From: Octopus sinensis
Taxonomy: Eukaryota
Assembly (NCBI RefSeq): GCF_006345805.1
Contig: NC_043007.1
Span: 37,572,001-37,636,000 of the forward strand
DNA length: 64,000 nucleotides
Reading direction: 5' to 3'
The notes under the pieces are model-generated. The model worked only from the letters and a program-made list of their open reading frames with translations, was not told where the DNA came from and ran no database searches. Of this stretch, positions 1-13,297 are shown piece by piece. Numbering within the stretch: the stretch's first letter is position 1; each line of letters starts with the position of its first letter. Both the position numbers and the translations under genes were made by a program.

Positions 1-208
1 GTTGTCCGAGCACTGCATCCTTCAAAACTTCCATGCTTTCTGAGATTCGCCAACACTACACCTGATTTTCTCCCCTCCATACACACACAAGCATGTATCT
101 GACACATACATTGTTTGCTTTCCAGATATTTGTACATTACTGCATATACTTTATATGCACTTTTTGACAAGTTGTGGTGCACCTGAGCACTGTATACAAT
201 AATTTCAT
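1..208 (+). mobile_element. 3' end fragment of a CR1/L2-type LINE (truncated by window edge)
   Basis: Near-identical to 5709-5915, the 3' end of the LINE copy that retains RT C-terminal coding remnants. Confidence 0.8.
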
Positions 209-445
209 GTAGAATAAAAAAAGTAAGAGTTTACCGGTTGCGCATTTGTTATGCTTATCAAAAGATATTTTGAGTGAAATAGAGTGAGATAGAGTGAGAT
301 AGAGTTCCTTTCTGATTGATTTTTTCCTCTTTTTCTCTTACAGATAAAAGAAAAAAATCAATCAGAAAGGAACTCTATCTCACTCAAAATATCTTTTGAT
401 AAGCATAACAAATGTGCAACCGGTAAACTCTTTTTTTTATTCTAC
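209..445. repeat. Foldback (palindromic) element, arms about 100-120 bp
   Basis: gtagaataaaaaaagtaagagtttaccggttgcgcatttgttatgcttatcaaaagatattttgagtg... is mirrored by ...cactcaaaatatcttttgataagcataacaaatgtgcaaccggtaaactc...ttctac. Confidence 0.85.
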
Positions 446-777
446 ACTGAAATCTGACATTGAACTTTTCCACAAAAAACTGTATATTACACGCTTTTAC
501 TAAATATCTTATTCTGAAACAGAACACTGTAAAAGACTCTTACTTTTTTTCTTATACACTGAAATCATTCACAAAAATGAACATTGTATTCTAACGCAAT
601 TTTTCTCTTTTTTTGTTTAAAAAAAGAACTTTCACCTAATTAAATACACTCTCCCTTACTTAAATTATTTTGTCAGCATTTTCTTCATTTCCTTTTTTAT
701 ATATCACAACTCGTGTTCACATCTCCTTTTCTAAATATATATATATATATATATTATGTACGTATATATATATGTAC

Positions 778-809
<32 letters not shown>

Positions 810-810
<1 letters not shown>

Positions 811-890
811 TTAAATTAGAGATATAACCACTATTAGGCAAATCAAACAATGAAAGACATAAACCAAAACATAGAAATAAAATTAATCAA
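810..890. repeat. Dispersed (TA)n-embedded repeat, copy 1 (copy 2 at 21745-21830)
   Basis: attaaattagagata(t/a)aaccactattaggcaaatca(a/t)acaatgaaa is shared by both loci, each flanked by TA microsatellite. Confidence 0.7.
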
Positions 891-1408
891 TATAATATAC
901 AAAATATATAAAATATAAAATTCAAAATTTAAATTATTAAATTTAAACTTAAAATTTTAAATTATTAATTTATATTTATAAATTTATATGTATATATATA
1001 TATATATATATTTTTTTTAATTTATTTTTTTATTTATTTAATTATTTTTTTATTTATTAAATATATATAACTATCAAAAAGTATTAAAAAGTTTAATATA
1101 AGTTAAAAAGTAAAACCACCACGATTGTTTCATGCCCATACCCTAATTCGAATAACAATAATTTAAATTCAATTAAAAATTCGAATTATGGTTATAATCA
1201 ATCTTTAGGTGAATGATAATAGTTAAATAAATAATCAAATATATTTAAACAATATTTTTGAAATAAATAAATAAAATAATAATTTTATAATAATAATATA
1301 TATACATATATATGTATATATATATATCAATATATATGTATAAATATATAAATATATTTATATATGTATATACATATATGTGTACATTTATATATATATA
1401 TATTACAG

Positions 1409-1660
1409 ATGACTGAATTCCGTACTAGTTTGGATGAGATTGATGATTCAGCAGTGAGAATAATGATGGGAAACAACTTTCGATCACTTCAGCATCTAAA
1501 TGATAGAATTATCTACCGCAACTGTGAATCAGATAGGAGTGACATGACTTCATTGTCCTGGTCTGCAGTACTACTGATGCTTTGTCAAGTGGGTATCTTT
1601 ATGAATAATAGTTGCTTTTGGTATCTTGTGCCACACAAATATCGCCCAACAGAGTGCTAA
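1409..1660 (+). CDS. CA: Terminal coding exon of an alpha-carbonic anhydrase, probably membrane-anchored (CA4/12/14-like architecture)
   Basis: Acceptor tattacag|ATG. Peptide MTEFRTSL...MMGNNFRSLQHLNDRIIYRN matches the alpha-CA C-terminal Q|xxxFRxL...MxxNxRPxQPLNxRxV motif, including the phase-0 intron position known from vertebrate CA genes. It is followed by hydrophobic SLSWSAVLLMLCQVGIFM and a TAA stop. Upstream exons lie outside the window, so catalytic residues cannot be checked. Confidence 0.85.
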   Translation: MTEFRTSLDEIDDSAVRIMMGNNFRSLQHLNDRIIYRNCESDRSDMTSLSWSAVLLMLCQVGIFMNNSCFWYLVPHKYRPTEC

Positions 1661-1735
1661 CCTAAGTGCTGTTCTTTAATGACTCAATTGCTGTGTTGTT
1701 TCTTTAGCAACTTTGTCATCTTTATCAGCAACCAA

Positions 1736-1741
1736 AATAAA
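1736..1741 (+). terminator. Candidate polyadenylation signal for the CA gene
   Basis: AATAAA 76 nt after the stop codon; usage not verifiable. Confidence 0.3.
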
Positions 1742-3770
1742 ACTCAGCATTGAGCAACTAAACAAGGAAATAACAAAAGATAAATATACCACAAAAAGGC
1801 AGTGAAATAGTAAACATATGCAACAAGCTGCAAATTTAACATTCACATTATATGGAGTATTCTACATCATCATCAACAGCAATAACAGCCACACTAACAA
1901 TCTCAAAGACTACATCTCCCAAAAAATGAGAAGATAAGCACCTTCTACCTAGACCTTTATTTTAAACCCTTCCTCCTGTCAGACACTTAAAAGAAGCAAT
2001 AGGGATATGCAAATAGTCAAAAAGGCTTCGGGGTCAGACAAAACTACAAACATACATCATAAACACTGTGTGCTGCACACACTAACATATACAGCTAACT
2101 GTATCAGCATCGGTAAATTCCAAGGTTCTGGAGCTGAGGGAAATCACTTTTGAAGCTCAACAAAATTCAAAGTGAAGTAACATTATATAGGATCATCACT
2201 TTGCTATTACACACCCTCAAAAATTCCAGGAAGACTTATTCTTGGCATCACTAACCTACACATCTCCATTCCCCAACACAGAGTCTGGCCACTTTACACA
2301 ACCACCACACTTCTCAAAAGCCTCAAACAGAATCTATATAATGTCATAAAAGAAAAACTACCATTTGTACCATTCTATCCACCATTGATATCAGCAAAGT
2401 TTCAAATCTATTTCTTACTGCCCACTCATACAAAAGTGTGTGATGATGCTGATCTGGATCTATGGAAACCATATTTGTGGTTTAAGAGTTAACAAAGACT
2501 CAATTTAGTAAAAAAAATGGTTGTTAGGACTGATTCCATCATTTTAATTTGTTGTGTTGCTGTACATGTTTGGCACTCTAACTGAGTAACCGTAACACTA
2601 GTAGGTATGAGATGTAATCTGCAAATCTCAGTTCCAAGGTTATATGATTAACATTTGACACGCTGAAAGTGAAGGTTCATGCATCAGTTGTATTAGAGTA
2701 AAAGAGATGTGTGAGGTGGAACATGCTGTCTCATGTTTTCATAAGTGGTTGAAGAACATCTCCATAGATATGGAAATATTGGAGTGTTTCGTTGTACCAG
2801 TAGTGTGCATTAGTGTTAACGGTGGGTGATTGTTTCTGGTTGGAGTTTTCACACTGATAACATAAAATGCTGTACATGTTGTGGCACTCTAACTGAGTTC
2901 TGTAAGGATTTTGTTGTGTATACATGTGGGTATATGCATTTGTCTATGAGCATATGTGTGTGTGTGTGTGTGTGTGTGCACGCACACGTGCATTCATATT
3001 TGAATGTGGGTCTTCACAACAGGCATTCAAAATATCTAGCAGTAATTCAATAAAACAAAGGTTGGTACAAGAAAGGGCATCCAGCCATAGAAGACTGCCT
3101 CAAGAAATCTCATCTAACCTATGATAGTATTCAAAGAGCAAGTGTAAAGACAAAAGGAAACAAATGCCTTGTGTCTACAATTTCTGACCGCAGTCAATAG
3201 CCTGGAAATGGAGATGGGATCCATGAGAATGGATTGACTTTAAATTACTGCAAAAAGATGAAGCCTTTAGTCACAAACAAATGACTTGATGAAGGTCAAT
3301 GAAAGATTTTCAGCTTCACTTTCCAAAGAGAAATAGCTGAATGGACAGGGTATTACTGAATTATATGTTTAAATATTCTGTAAGATTTTTGATTATTTTT
3401 TCTGTTGCCACTGGCTCAGAAATTTATTTCTTATAACTTAATACTTCAGTTAATCTATTTGTTTGATATATGTACCAGATGATCCTGAAATCTTATCTGG
3501 CAGATGTCCAAAAGGCAAACATATTTCAAAGCTGTAACACATAACTTTCATTTATTTGGTTTTATGAATTGTGTGTATGTTTATTTGTATATAGATATTT
3601 ATATATGTATTTAAGCCAGTGTATTAATGGCACAAAATAATAATGTATATATATATAATAAAGCTTCTTAATAAACAATATACTTTGAGTTTTGGTTTGT
3701 TTTGTGTTTCTACTTACGACAAAGTGGTTTATAATTGGCTTTGGGATAGCAAAAGATCCTTCCACTTATA

Positions 3771-4087
3771 ACTCTTTTATTCTTTTGTTCCAGTCATTTG
3801 ACTGAAGCCATGCAGGAGCACCACCCTGAAGTGTTATATTTTTAGCCTAATACTTACTCTATCGGTACCAACACCAGTTGTCAAGCAATGATGAGGGTAC
3901 AGATACAAAGACACACACACACACACACATAGATATATACATATGATGGACTTCTTTCAGTTTCTGTCTCTCAAATCCACTCACAAGTCTTTGATCGGTC
4001 CAAGGCTGCAGAAAACACTTACCCAAGGTGTTACGCAGTGGGACTGAACCTAGAACCATGTGGTTGGGAAGCAAGCTTCTTAACATA
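3771..4087 (-). mobile_element. tRNA-headed SINE, family A (internally deleted copy)
   Basis: Matches the reverse complement of the full copy at 48861-49265 (cagtcatttgactg...gggactgaacc...gcaagc). Confidence 0.8.
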
Positions 4088-4906
4088 GAGTACTTTTTTT
4101 TATTATAATTTACCCCTCAGATTTGTCAATGGACCATGGCAAAACATATACTGATTGAGAACTACAGTCGTAAAATTAAACCAAAAGGAATTCTTGGGAT
4201 AAACAAATTCTCAGCAGCAGCACAGCCTTTCAATATTATTGTTTCAATCAAATTTGACACCAGATGTTTGACTACCAGTGTAATAAATGTGGAGCATACA
4301 GGTTTTAAAGATAAATTTGAGTCTATAAAGTGGTATACAATGTAAATGAATGTATACGAGAACCTCACTGAGGTAGTTCATAAATGCTTTGGAAACTGAA
4401 AACAGGGTCTAACAGATACAAGACAACTTAGCCACCATGCAGCTGTTGAACAATTTGTTCACTGATCAAATATTGGTTGGGTAAATACTATTCTTTCACA
4501 GAGCCTTTTGTGTCTGTGGTAGCTGCACTGAATGTTGCAATAAACTAGATTTTAAGTCCTTTCTTAACTGATAATGGCAAGAGCAAAGCCCAACCAGAAA
4601 TATTCCCATTATGATGAAGCAAAATATTTCCAAGTTCCAAAAATCTTTTAGTAAAATAGTTTCTCAAACAGAAAATGTAAAACTCTTCTGTTTCCCTTTT
4701 TATTTCCTTGCTGCCAACTTCAACCTGAATATTTAGTAAAGCAGATCAGTATTAATTAGTCACTATTAACGTAAGCTCATGTTTGCTACCAGATTCAGTA
4801 ACTTAAAACATGATACCACAAATGTGATGATTTCATGTAGCTTCTAATTTGATCAGCTCTTGTCGTTTTTGAAAAGACTGAAAATGTCACTGTTTTCATA
4901 TATATA

Positions 4907-5300
4907 CTAGCAGTATCGCCCTGTGTTGCTCAGGTTTGTTTCGACCCTTTAGAATTGGAATTTTTGAAAAGTAAAAATTTTGCATTATGTAGCTTGTTAT
5001 TCTCTTCAAGTGAACATTTTTCAGGTTGAAATACACCAAAAAATGGCGACAGAGCAGCCAAAAAATTGTAAAAAATAGGGATTTTCATAGAAAAAAAGCA
5101 CCTTTTTGATGTAAATAATTTTTGGTCTTAACATGGTCCAATTTGAATTTTTTCTTCTATGGAAGGAAGAGCAAGCCTTCTTGTATCATACTCTCAGTTT
5201 TGGTCAACTTGCACCACAGGGTCTTGGAGGAGATAGTGTTAGTTGAAGGCTACCAAACCTGCCATAGACAGACAACTTCAGCTTTATTTTTATAAATATA
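4907..5300 (-). mobile_element. Non-autonomous Helitron (CpG-decayed)
   Basis: actagcagtatcgccctgtgttgctcaggtttgt is the reverse complement of the hairpin+CTAG 3' terminus that is intact at 52405-52437; the other end resembles the Helitron 5' tataaaa...gttgtctgtc motif. Confidence 0.75.
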
Positions 5301-5398
5301 TATATCTATATATATAAATATGTGCATGCATGTGTACGTGTGTGTGATAGCATTTACACAAGTCTAGAAAGCAGCACTGGTTATGCTTTGTACTGTTA

Positions 5399-5927
5399 TG
5401 TCCCATAAGCCGTCCAGCGACGTGCAACCAAAAGAATACCCTCCATTAGGCATTTGTCATATTCTGAATGCCTTACTTCCCTGGGCATAGACACATTGAA
5501 ACTCCGACGTCTGGCAGCTGACTTGGCAGACACCCATAAAATTATCAACCATCTTACAAACAATAACTCTGAGCACCTTTTCAAACTCCACCTGTCTAAC
5601 ACCCATGGACATATTTACAAAGTCAGAAAACAGCATAGCTCCCATGACTTTCGGAAACATTTTTGAGAGTTGCTGAGGCATGGAACAAACTGCCGGCATC
5701 AGTTGTTAGTTGTCAGAGCACTGCATCCTTCAAAACTTCCATGCTTTCTGAGATTCGCCAACACTACACCTGATTTTCTCCCCTCCATACACACACAAGC
5801 ATGTATCTGACTCATACACTGTTCGCTTTCCAGACATTTGTACATTACTGCATATACTTTATACACACTTTTTGACAAGTTGTAGTGCACCTGAGCACTG
5901 TATACAATAATTTCATTATTATTATTA
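5399..5927 (+). mobile_element. 5'-truncated CR1/L2-type LINE with (ATT)n tail
   Basis: Translates to AVQRRATK..SYSECLTSLGIDTLKLRRLAADL..HKII..THGHIYK..RKHF / RVAEAWNKLP, typical post-RT CR1 ORF2 C-terminal motifs with a frameshift; ends aataatttcattattattattat. Confidence 0.85.
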
Positions 5928-6889
5928 TAACTTGGCACTTCAACAAATTAAGATCAACCAACCAATAAATAGATGACTGAGACACTGAACAGCTATGCAG
6001 TCCAATGACTAAAACCAGCATAAAAACAACATATATCATCATCATCATAATCATCACAATGAAATAAAGAGCAACAAACATAATTACATAAAAGAGGACA
6101 GCATGTTTATTTAGTAAAATCTTCCAACCTTGAGTAAAATGTCAGCATCAACATCACATTCAAATAGGATAAAATACATTTTAAAAAAAAAAATAAAAAA
6201 CAAACAAACAAAGAGGACTCTTAAGACAGTGGGAGGAGTTACTATCAAGGAATATAGATGGCGGCAGACGAAAATGGTTGTCACTGGTTTTCTGTCTGTC
6301 AGGATAGCAAGTCCTAGCTTATGTGTATGTATATGTATGCATATCTGTGTATGCATATGTAGTTGTTTCTTTATATATGAAAGGAGAGAGAGATTATAGT
6401 AAAATGTGTGTATGATATATGTTTGTGAATGCAAAATTCATGTGTGCCAGATTACAAGTGAAAAATATTCAGTTTTTCTTTTTTTTTTTTTACTTTTTGT
6501 ATATCACTATAAACCATCATTACTACCATTGAGGCTGTTTCTTTTTTGTTCTTTTTTTTTTCTTTTGTCTTCTGTCAGGCACACAACCAATGTTTGCAAG
6601 AAAGGGGTTATGATCTGATGAAATCAAAGCTCAGTATAATTAATCACTGGCACTTAATCAAACCCCGCCCGCCACCCAAACCTCAGAAGGATAATGAAAG
6701 GGACTTTTGAACACAACACATAAAAAAGATAAGACTAAAATTCTGAATGGCACGTCTGATGTTTATACCACAGATTCGCAGCCATTTCTTTTACCATTAT
6801 TATTATCTATTAATTAATCAATTAACTAACTGACGATAACTGTCCCCCAGATTTAAGGCTTTGTGCTTTTGAAAGAAGCATAATAATCT

Positions 6890-7097
6890 TCTCTACTAAA
6901 GGCACAAGACCTGAAATTTGGGGTGAGGGGACTAGTTGATTACATCAACCCGTTTTTCACTGGCACTTAAGTTATTGACCTTGAAAGGATGAAAAGTGAA
7001 GTCAACCTTGCAGAATTTGAACTCAGAACATAAAGACTGACGAAATACCACTAAGCATTTTGCCTGATTTGCAACAATTCTGCCAGCTCGCCACCTT
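6890..7097 (-). mobile_element. tRNA-headed SINE, family B
   Basis: aaggcacaag...gaatttgaactcagaac...ctgccagctcgcc is the reverse of the head ggcggcgagctggcagaa, with B-box gagttcaaattc. Confidence 0.8.
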
Positions 7098-9390
7098 AGA
7101 AATATACCACTACAGTTATTATTTTTGCTTTACTTCTTACAATTGTGGTGAATGAGAGAGAATAGATCATTATTTTTCCTAGTGTTTTGAAAATATTTAG
7201 ATGTGCATGGGTGATTGTGTATGTGTGTGTGTATGTCGATGAAGGAAGAAAGAGAGAGCATTGTGTAGAGGTGGAGAGTCAATAAACAACATCAACAACA
7301 ACAACAACAACCATTTACAACAGTAAATCAAAACCAACTTTCCACATAGGTTTAGTGTTTAAAAAAAAAAAAAAAAGGAACAAACAAAACAAAAACAAAC
7401 ACTGTGATCACGGTGGGAGCAATGGGGAGGAAGAATATGTGAGAAAGGTTGTGATAATAGTGGTGTTGCCGGCGGTATGAAGTAATTATGAGAAAAAAGA
7501 TGGGGTTGGTACTTAGACATGATATATGTGTGGTTAGTTTATTAGTAGTCATAGAAGTAGCAAATGGTAATGAACAGTTATCTCCCTTGTCAGATGGAAA
7601 TCGCTGCACGAACAGGGGATGGTTATCAATGGATGGAGAGAGGGTGAATGGGTGAACGTTAAGTGCAGAGGAGTGAATTGAAGAAGGTAAATTCGGGATA
7701 AGATTAGAGTAGAGCAAGATTCAAGGGGCCTGCCACCCCTTATTTTTAACACCCACCACCCTCCTTGATACACACATCAACATTATACACAATGGCAGGG
7801 CCTATACGAGGGAGAAGGGGGTCTACCAAAACATCAGTCCAGGACTTGAAAAAACCAAAGAGGCTCATGAATGTGATGAGGCCCCTAGCTAAAAAAAAAA
7901 AAATTAAATAAAAGTATAAAAGTTTCACAACCCCTCGGATTTTGAGAGGCGAACCACCCTCTCCCTCTGGAGCCTAAAAGTTCCACCATTCAAAATTTCT
8001 CGGAGGCCTTGACTACTGGTTATAATATGAGCTGTCATAATAGTGAAAGGGGTGTTAAAAATTCTGAATGCAGAGAAAGAAAGAATGTAAGAGTGAGAGA
8101 GGTGGGAAAGACAGAGAGGATATCTGAGTTATTACCCCTGCCATATCCATGGCTACTACCACTACCACCCCATCGCAGCACAGCAATAATCATTAATGGT
8201 GGTAAGAAGTGGAGGTGACGGATAAAGTGGAAAAGCAGAATAAGTCAAGTAACAGCAAATGAATGCAATGTAGATTAATGAACCAGAAAATTTCTTTCAT
8301 TAGCATCTAATTTTGTTTTAATGTCTTCAGTCATTGAACAATGGGTCACATAGCAGACAACATTCTAGAACAGGGTTTCTCACAAGGTTTGGGTTCACCT
8401 GTGAAAAGAGGAGCAGTAACTTTCCACATTTGATAAAATAAAGATGGCTTTTAGTTTTTTTTATGGTTTTTTAAATTGTACAACACCATGGCAACAGAAG
8501 AAGAATCATATGGATGCAAGCTTTTTTGACTGCGTAAATAAATGACTGGGGAAGCAAAACATTTCACAAGTATTATTTTAGGGGTGGGTTGAGGCCTGAT
8601 ATTTGTCAATTTGAGGACTACTGTTCCTGCATATAGTCAATTAAATCAACCAGTAACTTATTGTACAAACTGATAATTATCTCATTTTATCAATTTGAGG
8701 AAATTGAAAAGTGAACCGGATTACAGAAATGTAAACAAATAGCACAAGATATTTCATTCAACTTCCTGCTGATCCTGCCATCTACCCTCCAAAGTTTTTC
8801 TTAAAGAATTTCTACAGAAATTTAGTTTTATAATGTTCTCGTTATTTTTTTTTTTTCTGCTTGTCTTTTTTTTTTTCAGAATAGGTACAAAGGCCATCAG
8901 ATTGTGTGGGGAGGAAAAGGAAATGTGCAAACATGTGCTTGTAACAAGAGCATGTTTCCCATATTTCATTAACATCTATAAGTTAAATGAACCTTTCTTC
9001 AACTGAGACATAAATGCAACCACATCACAGACAAATCATATCAAGAGCTCAGTTTGTGCTTGAGGCCAATCTTGGAAGCATATGAATCCAGAATTAAGCA
9101 AAATGGGACATAAATAAATACTGTTAAGACATTTAGCCAAGCATATTACATTTTCTATGACCAAGGGCTTAAATCCTTCTCACACAATTTGGAGAGGAAG
9201 GTATACAAACTGAATTATCCTTCTTCTTCTCCCCTATTACATGATTGGGTCTTATTTTATTGTTCCACCATCACCAGCCAAAGAGTGCAGGATTAGCAGG
9301 GTTTGGGATTCAGACCACAAACAGGAATAATTAAGGAGCATTTAGTCTAGAGTTCTTCAGTTTGCTACCAATTCACTATCCTAATAATTA

Positions 9391-9594
9391 TTTCTAATTT
9401 AGGCACAACGCCAATAATTTTGAGGGGTAGTGGGTAAGTCAATACCATTGATCCGAGTACTTAATATTTTACTGATCCTGGAAGTACAAAAGCAAAATTG
9501 AACTTGGCAAGATTTGAGCTGAATACACAGAGTCAGCAGATAAACTGCATGGCATTTCATCCAATGCTCAAATAATTCTGTCAATTAACCATCC
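9391..9594 (-). mobile_element. SINE family B, degenerate
   Basis: tttctaatttaggcacaacgcc...aattgaacttggcaagatttgagctg...aattctgtc. Confidence 0.65.
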
Positions 9595-9859
9595 TAATAA
9601 TAAAAATATTTCTTTCTAATTTAGTGACCAACCCTGAAAATTGGAGAAGGAGGAAGAGGTTAGTCAGTACCATTGGCCTCAGTATTTGACAGGCACTTCA
9701 TTATACTGACTATGAAAGATGAATGGCAAAGTTATATCTCGGTGAGATCCTAGTAATAATAATTCTTGTATGGTGGGTAAAAAGGATTGATAAGAGGTAG
9801 AACTTCTGTGGGAAGAATGAGAGAGATTCAGGGTTGAAAAGATAAAAGAAAACAATTTC

Positions 9860-10115
9860 TATATATGTATATGTGCAATTACATACGTATATAGACACAT
9901 TCATATATACACATATATGTATGTACACACACATATATATATATACACATACATATATACACATATATGTATGTACACACACATATATATATATACACAT
10001 ACATATATACAAACATATATATATACACATACATATATATATACATACATGTGTATAAATATCTATATATATATATATATATATACACATACATACATAC
10101 ATACATATATACAAT

Positions 10116-10163
<48 letters not shown>

Positions 10164-10222
10164 GTATGCATATGTATATATGTATATGTATGCATATGTA
10201 TATGTATATATATACACACATA
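9860..10222. repeat. Compound TA/CA microsatellite with an internal duplication of about 52 bp
   Basis: acacatatatgtatgtacacacacatatatatatatacacatacatatatac occurs twice in tandem; source of several spurious Y/I/T/H ORFs. Confidence 0.9.
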
Positions 10223-10224
10223 CA

Positions 10225-10620
10225 TTCTTTTACTTGTTCAGTCATTTGACTGTGGCCATGCTGGAGCACCACCTTTAGTCGAGCAAATTGACTAAAGTAC
10301 TTTGTAAGCCTAGTACTTATTCCATCAGTCTCTTTTACTGAACTGCTAAGTTACGGGGGACATAAACATACCAGCATCGGTTGTCAAGCGATGTTGGTGG
10401 TCAAACATAGAATTACAAACATATACACACAAACACACACACATATATATGTATACATATACAATGGGCTTCTTCCAGTTTCCATCTACCAAATCCACTC
10501 ACAAGGCTTTTGTCAGCCCGAGGCTATAGTAAAAGACACTTGCCCAAGGCGACACACAGTGGGACTGAACCCAGGACCATGTGGTTGGTAAGCAAGCTAC
10601 TTACCACACAGCCACTCCTG
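10225..10620 (-). mobile_element. SINE family A, full length
   Basis: Collinear reverse complement of 48861-49265, including A-box and B-box-like head. Confidence 0.88.
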
Positions 10621-11059
10621 CACCTCTTCTCAGGTTTGTTACCCAACAATAAATTCGCATACATACACAAAGCAAGCCTACATCACACATTTCCACCACC
10701 AGCAGCAGTAGCCAACATTACCACCAACACCATCACCACCACATCAGTCCAGTGCAATAAAACATTTAAAGGATGGAAAAGAGAGAAGTGGGTGGGGGGA
10801 TTTTGAAAGCATGAAAAGATGTTTTAATGGTTGAGAAGGATGAACACATGCATGAAACAAGATGGCAATGGGTTTTAACTTCGTTTTCCTTCCATTTTAA
10901 TGTTGGGGGGGGGTTACACATTTTTTTTTTTTGGTTTATTTAAGGAAGTGATAGGGGAATAGGGGATTATCACCATAATCATAATCATCATCATAAGAGA
11001 AATTTACATGTAATGCATTCACATAATTATTAGTTTATTCATTTGTTTAAAAAAAATTT

Positions 11060-11328
11060 TTTTTAACGTCACGTAAAGATTGAGACAAGGTAAATAAATA
11101 TATGTCTGTGTATGTATGTTTGTGCAAACACACAAATACACACATAAATATATAAACATGTGTATAAATACATCCATCCTGATGGATGTGTGTGTCTATA
11201 TATATATACATACACACACATGCACCTCTGTATGCATGTGTATATTATATATATATATACACACACATATACATACATCTAAATACCCATACATCTAAAT
11301 GAAAAAACACCAAATTCATATACACACG

Positions 11329-11375
<47 letters not shown>

Positions 11376-12300
11376 CTATATATATAATATATATATACAT
11401 AAATATATATATACATGTATATATAAATATATGCACATATACATTAATACATTTCAATAGATGCACACAAATGAATGCTTACACATTTACAATGTACTCC
11501 CCACCATGGCCTGACAAATGCAGTGGGAGGGGCAGTGCCCTCAAGAAAGATAGTAAAACAGTTTCAAGAATTGGTCAATGTGGAGACCCCGCTCCCCCCA
11601 AAATACAAAAAGAAAATGGAATAAAAAAAAAAATGAGGGTTGTGAGGAGACTCAGCAGCTAATATGTGAAAACTCAGCATTCGCTCTGGATGCCAGCATA
11701 ACTCCATCCAAAACACCTGTATCACCTAGCCAACCCTGGCTTTAACATCAAATATAACACACACACATACACACACACACATACATACACATACATACAC
11801 AGGTTCATTCATTCAAAAAATTCGACTCATGAGCATCACTGAGCAAAAAAAAAAAACTATGAGGCATGACTATGTATGTCATAGTGAGTGTATGTATGTA
11901 TGTATGTATATTTGTGTGCGTGTGTGTGTATGTAACCGCATACGAATGTGTGTACTTGCATGGATGTGTATAGCTGCATGTGTGTTTGTATATACCTACA
12001 CACATACATGTGCATGAATGAGTGTGTATGTGTGTGTGTGTGTGTGTGTTTGTAAGTGTGCAAGGCAAGGCTTTTGTGGGTGTTCAGAATGTTACAATTA
12101 ATGATAAAAAAAAAACAAGGAAGCAAAAAAAATTTGAAAATGTACAGAATGAAAGAGAGACAGGGTGAGAGAAAGATAAAAGAGACTGGGGGAGAAGGAA
12201 GAGTGACAGAACTGTGAAGTCAACATATATGAACAAATATCTTTTCTTCCTTCATGCCCACCACTCGCCAAAATGTACACACCCAGATAAAAACCATGCC

Positions 12301-12336
<36 letters not shown>

Positions 12337-12340
12337 AAAA
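11060..12340. repeat. TA/CA/TG microsatellite-rich tract within the probable long 3' UTR of the LRR gene
   Basis: Multiple dinucleotide runs and A-runs (U-runs on the - strand) downstream of the stop at 13298; UTR assignment is inference. Confidence 0.6.
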
Positions 12341-12755
12341 TCCATACATAAATAGCCACCCTTACATGAATGCATTCAAACAAATGCAGTAGCCTATCCA
12401 CGCATATGCAGTTATGCACTTATCATGTGCACTCAATGCACATGTCCTACTTTTGGAAAACGACCCACACAACAGATTTAACACGACAAAGTGCACCAAG
12501 AAAGTTGAGAAAGAAATAATACACAGAAAACAAAGAAAAGTACACAACACAGGGGAGTTAACTTCACTGTCCACTTCATGTACTCGAGTACCGATCAGGC
12601 TAGCTGTCCGTGTGTCCAGTATGTTTTATTTATTTATTTTTTTTTCAAACAGTCCCAGCTTGTGTATCCAAATTTCTTTTTTAAATCTGTACCGCCCACC
12701 CGACCCGCAAATATATATTTATATATCCGTGTGTGCATGTTTATACACACACACA

Positions 12756-12787
<32 letters not shown>

Positions 12788-13297
12788 TACATACACACAC
12801 ACACACGCATATATAAACACACACACACATACATATGCACATGTATATATACATATATATGCACATATATAATATATATACCTGCACCAACAGCACCTTT
12901 TTTTTCCTTTTCTCTCTTTTTTTTAATTATTTTATGGAGAAACCAGTAGAGGAAGAGAGACAACCTCCCTGTCACCTCAATTCAGTTAACTTGACCCTAA
13001 CCTCCCAACCCGCCATGAAATAAAAAAAAACACAAAAAATTGTCAGATCAAAACATATGCTTCAGATTTTGGGGAGACAGATTTTGTACCTTTCATTTTC
13101 TCCCTCTCAATCTTTCTTTCTCTTTCTACCTCTCATACTCTTACTCATTCATATTCCATGTTGCTTTCTTTCACTCTCTCTCTCTCTCGCTCTTTCTCTC
13201 TCAAGTGACAGCAGTCGGCATCTGCCTTTCCATTGCCCCTGACAACAACAAGTCGTTGGCAGATGCAAACCCTTGTTGTTTGGTGCGAACCCAATGG

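Noticed and set aside
2558-2898. 30-bp direct repeat (tgctgtacatgtt..ggcactctaactgagt) about 310 bp apart
   Set aside because: No element features between the copies; most likely a small local duplication
9710-12126. Many 60-170 aa ORFs rich in Y/I/T/H/C/V (also at 40-42, 45, 47, 53, 58, 61 and 63 kb)
   Set aside because: Translations of TA/CA/TG microsatellites, which lack stop codons in several frames
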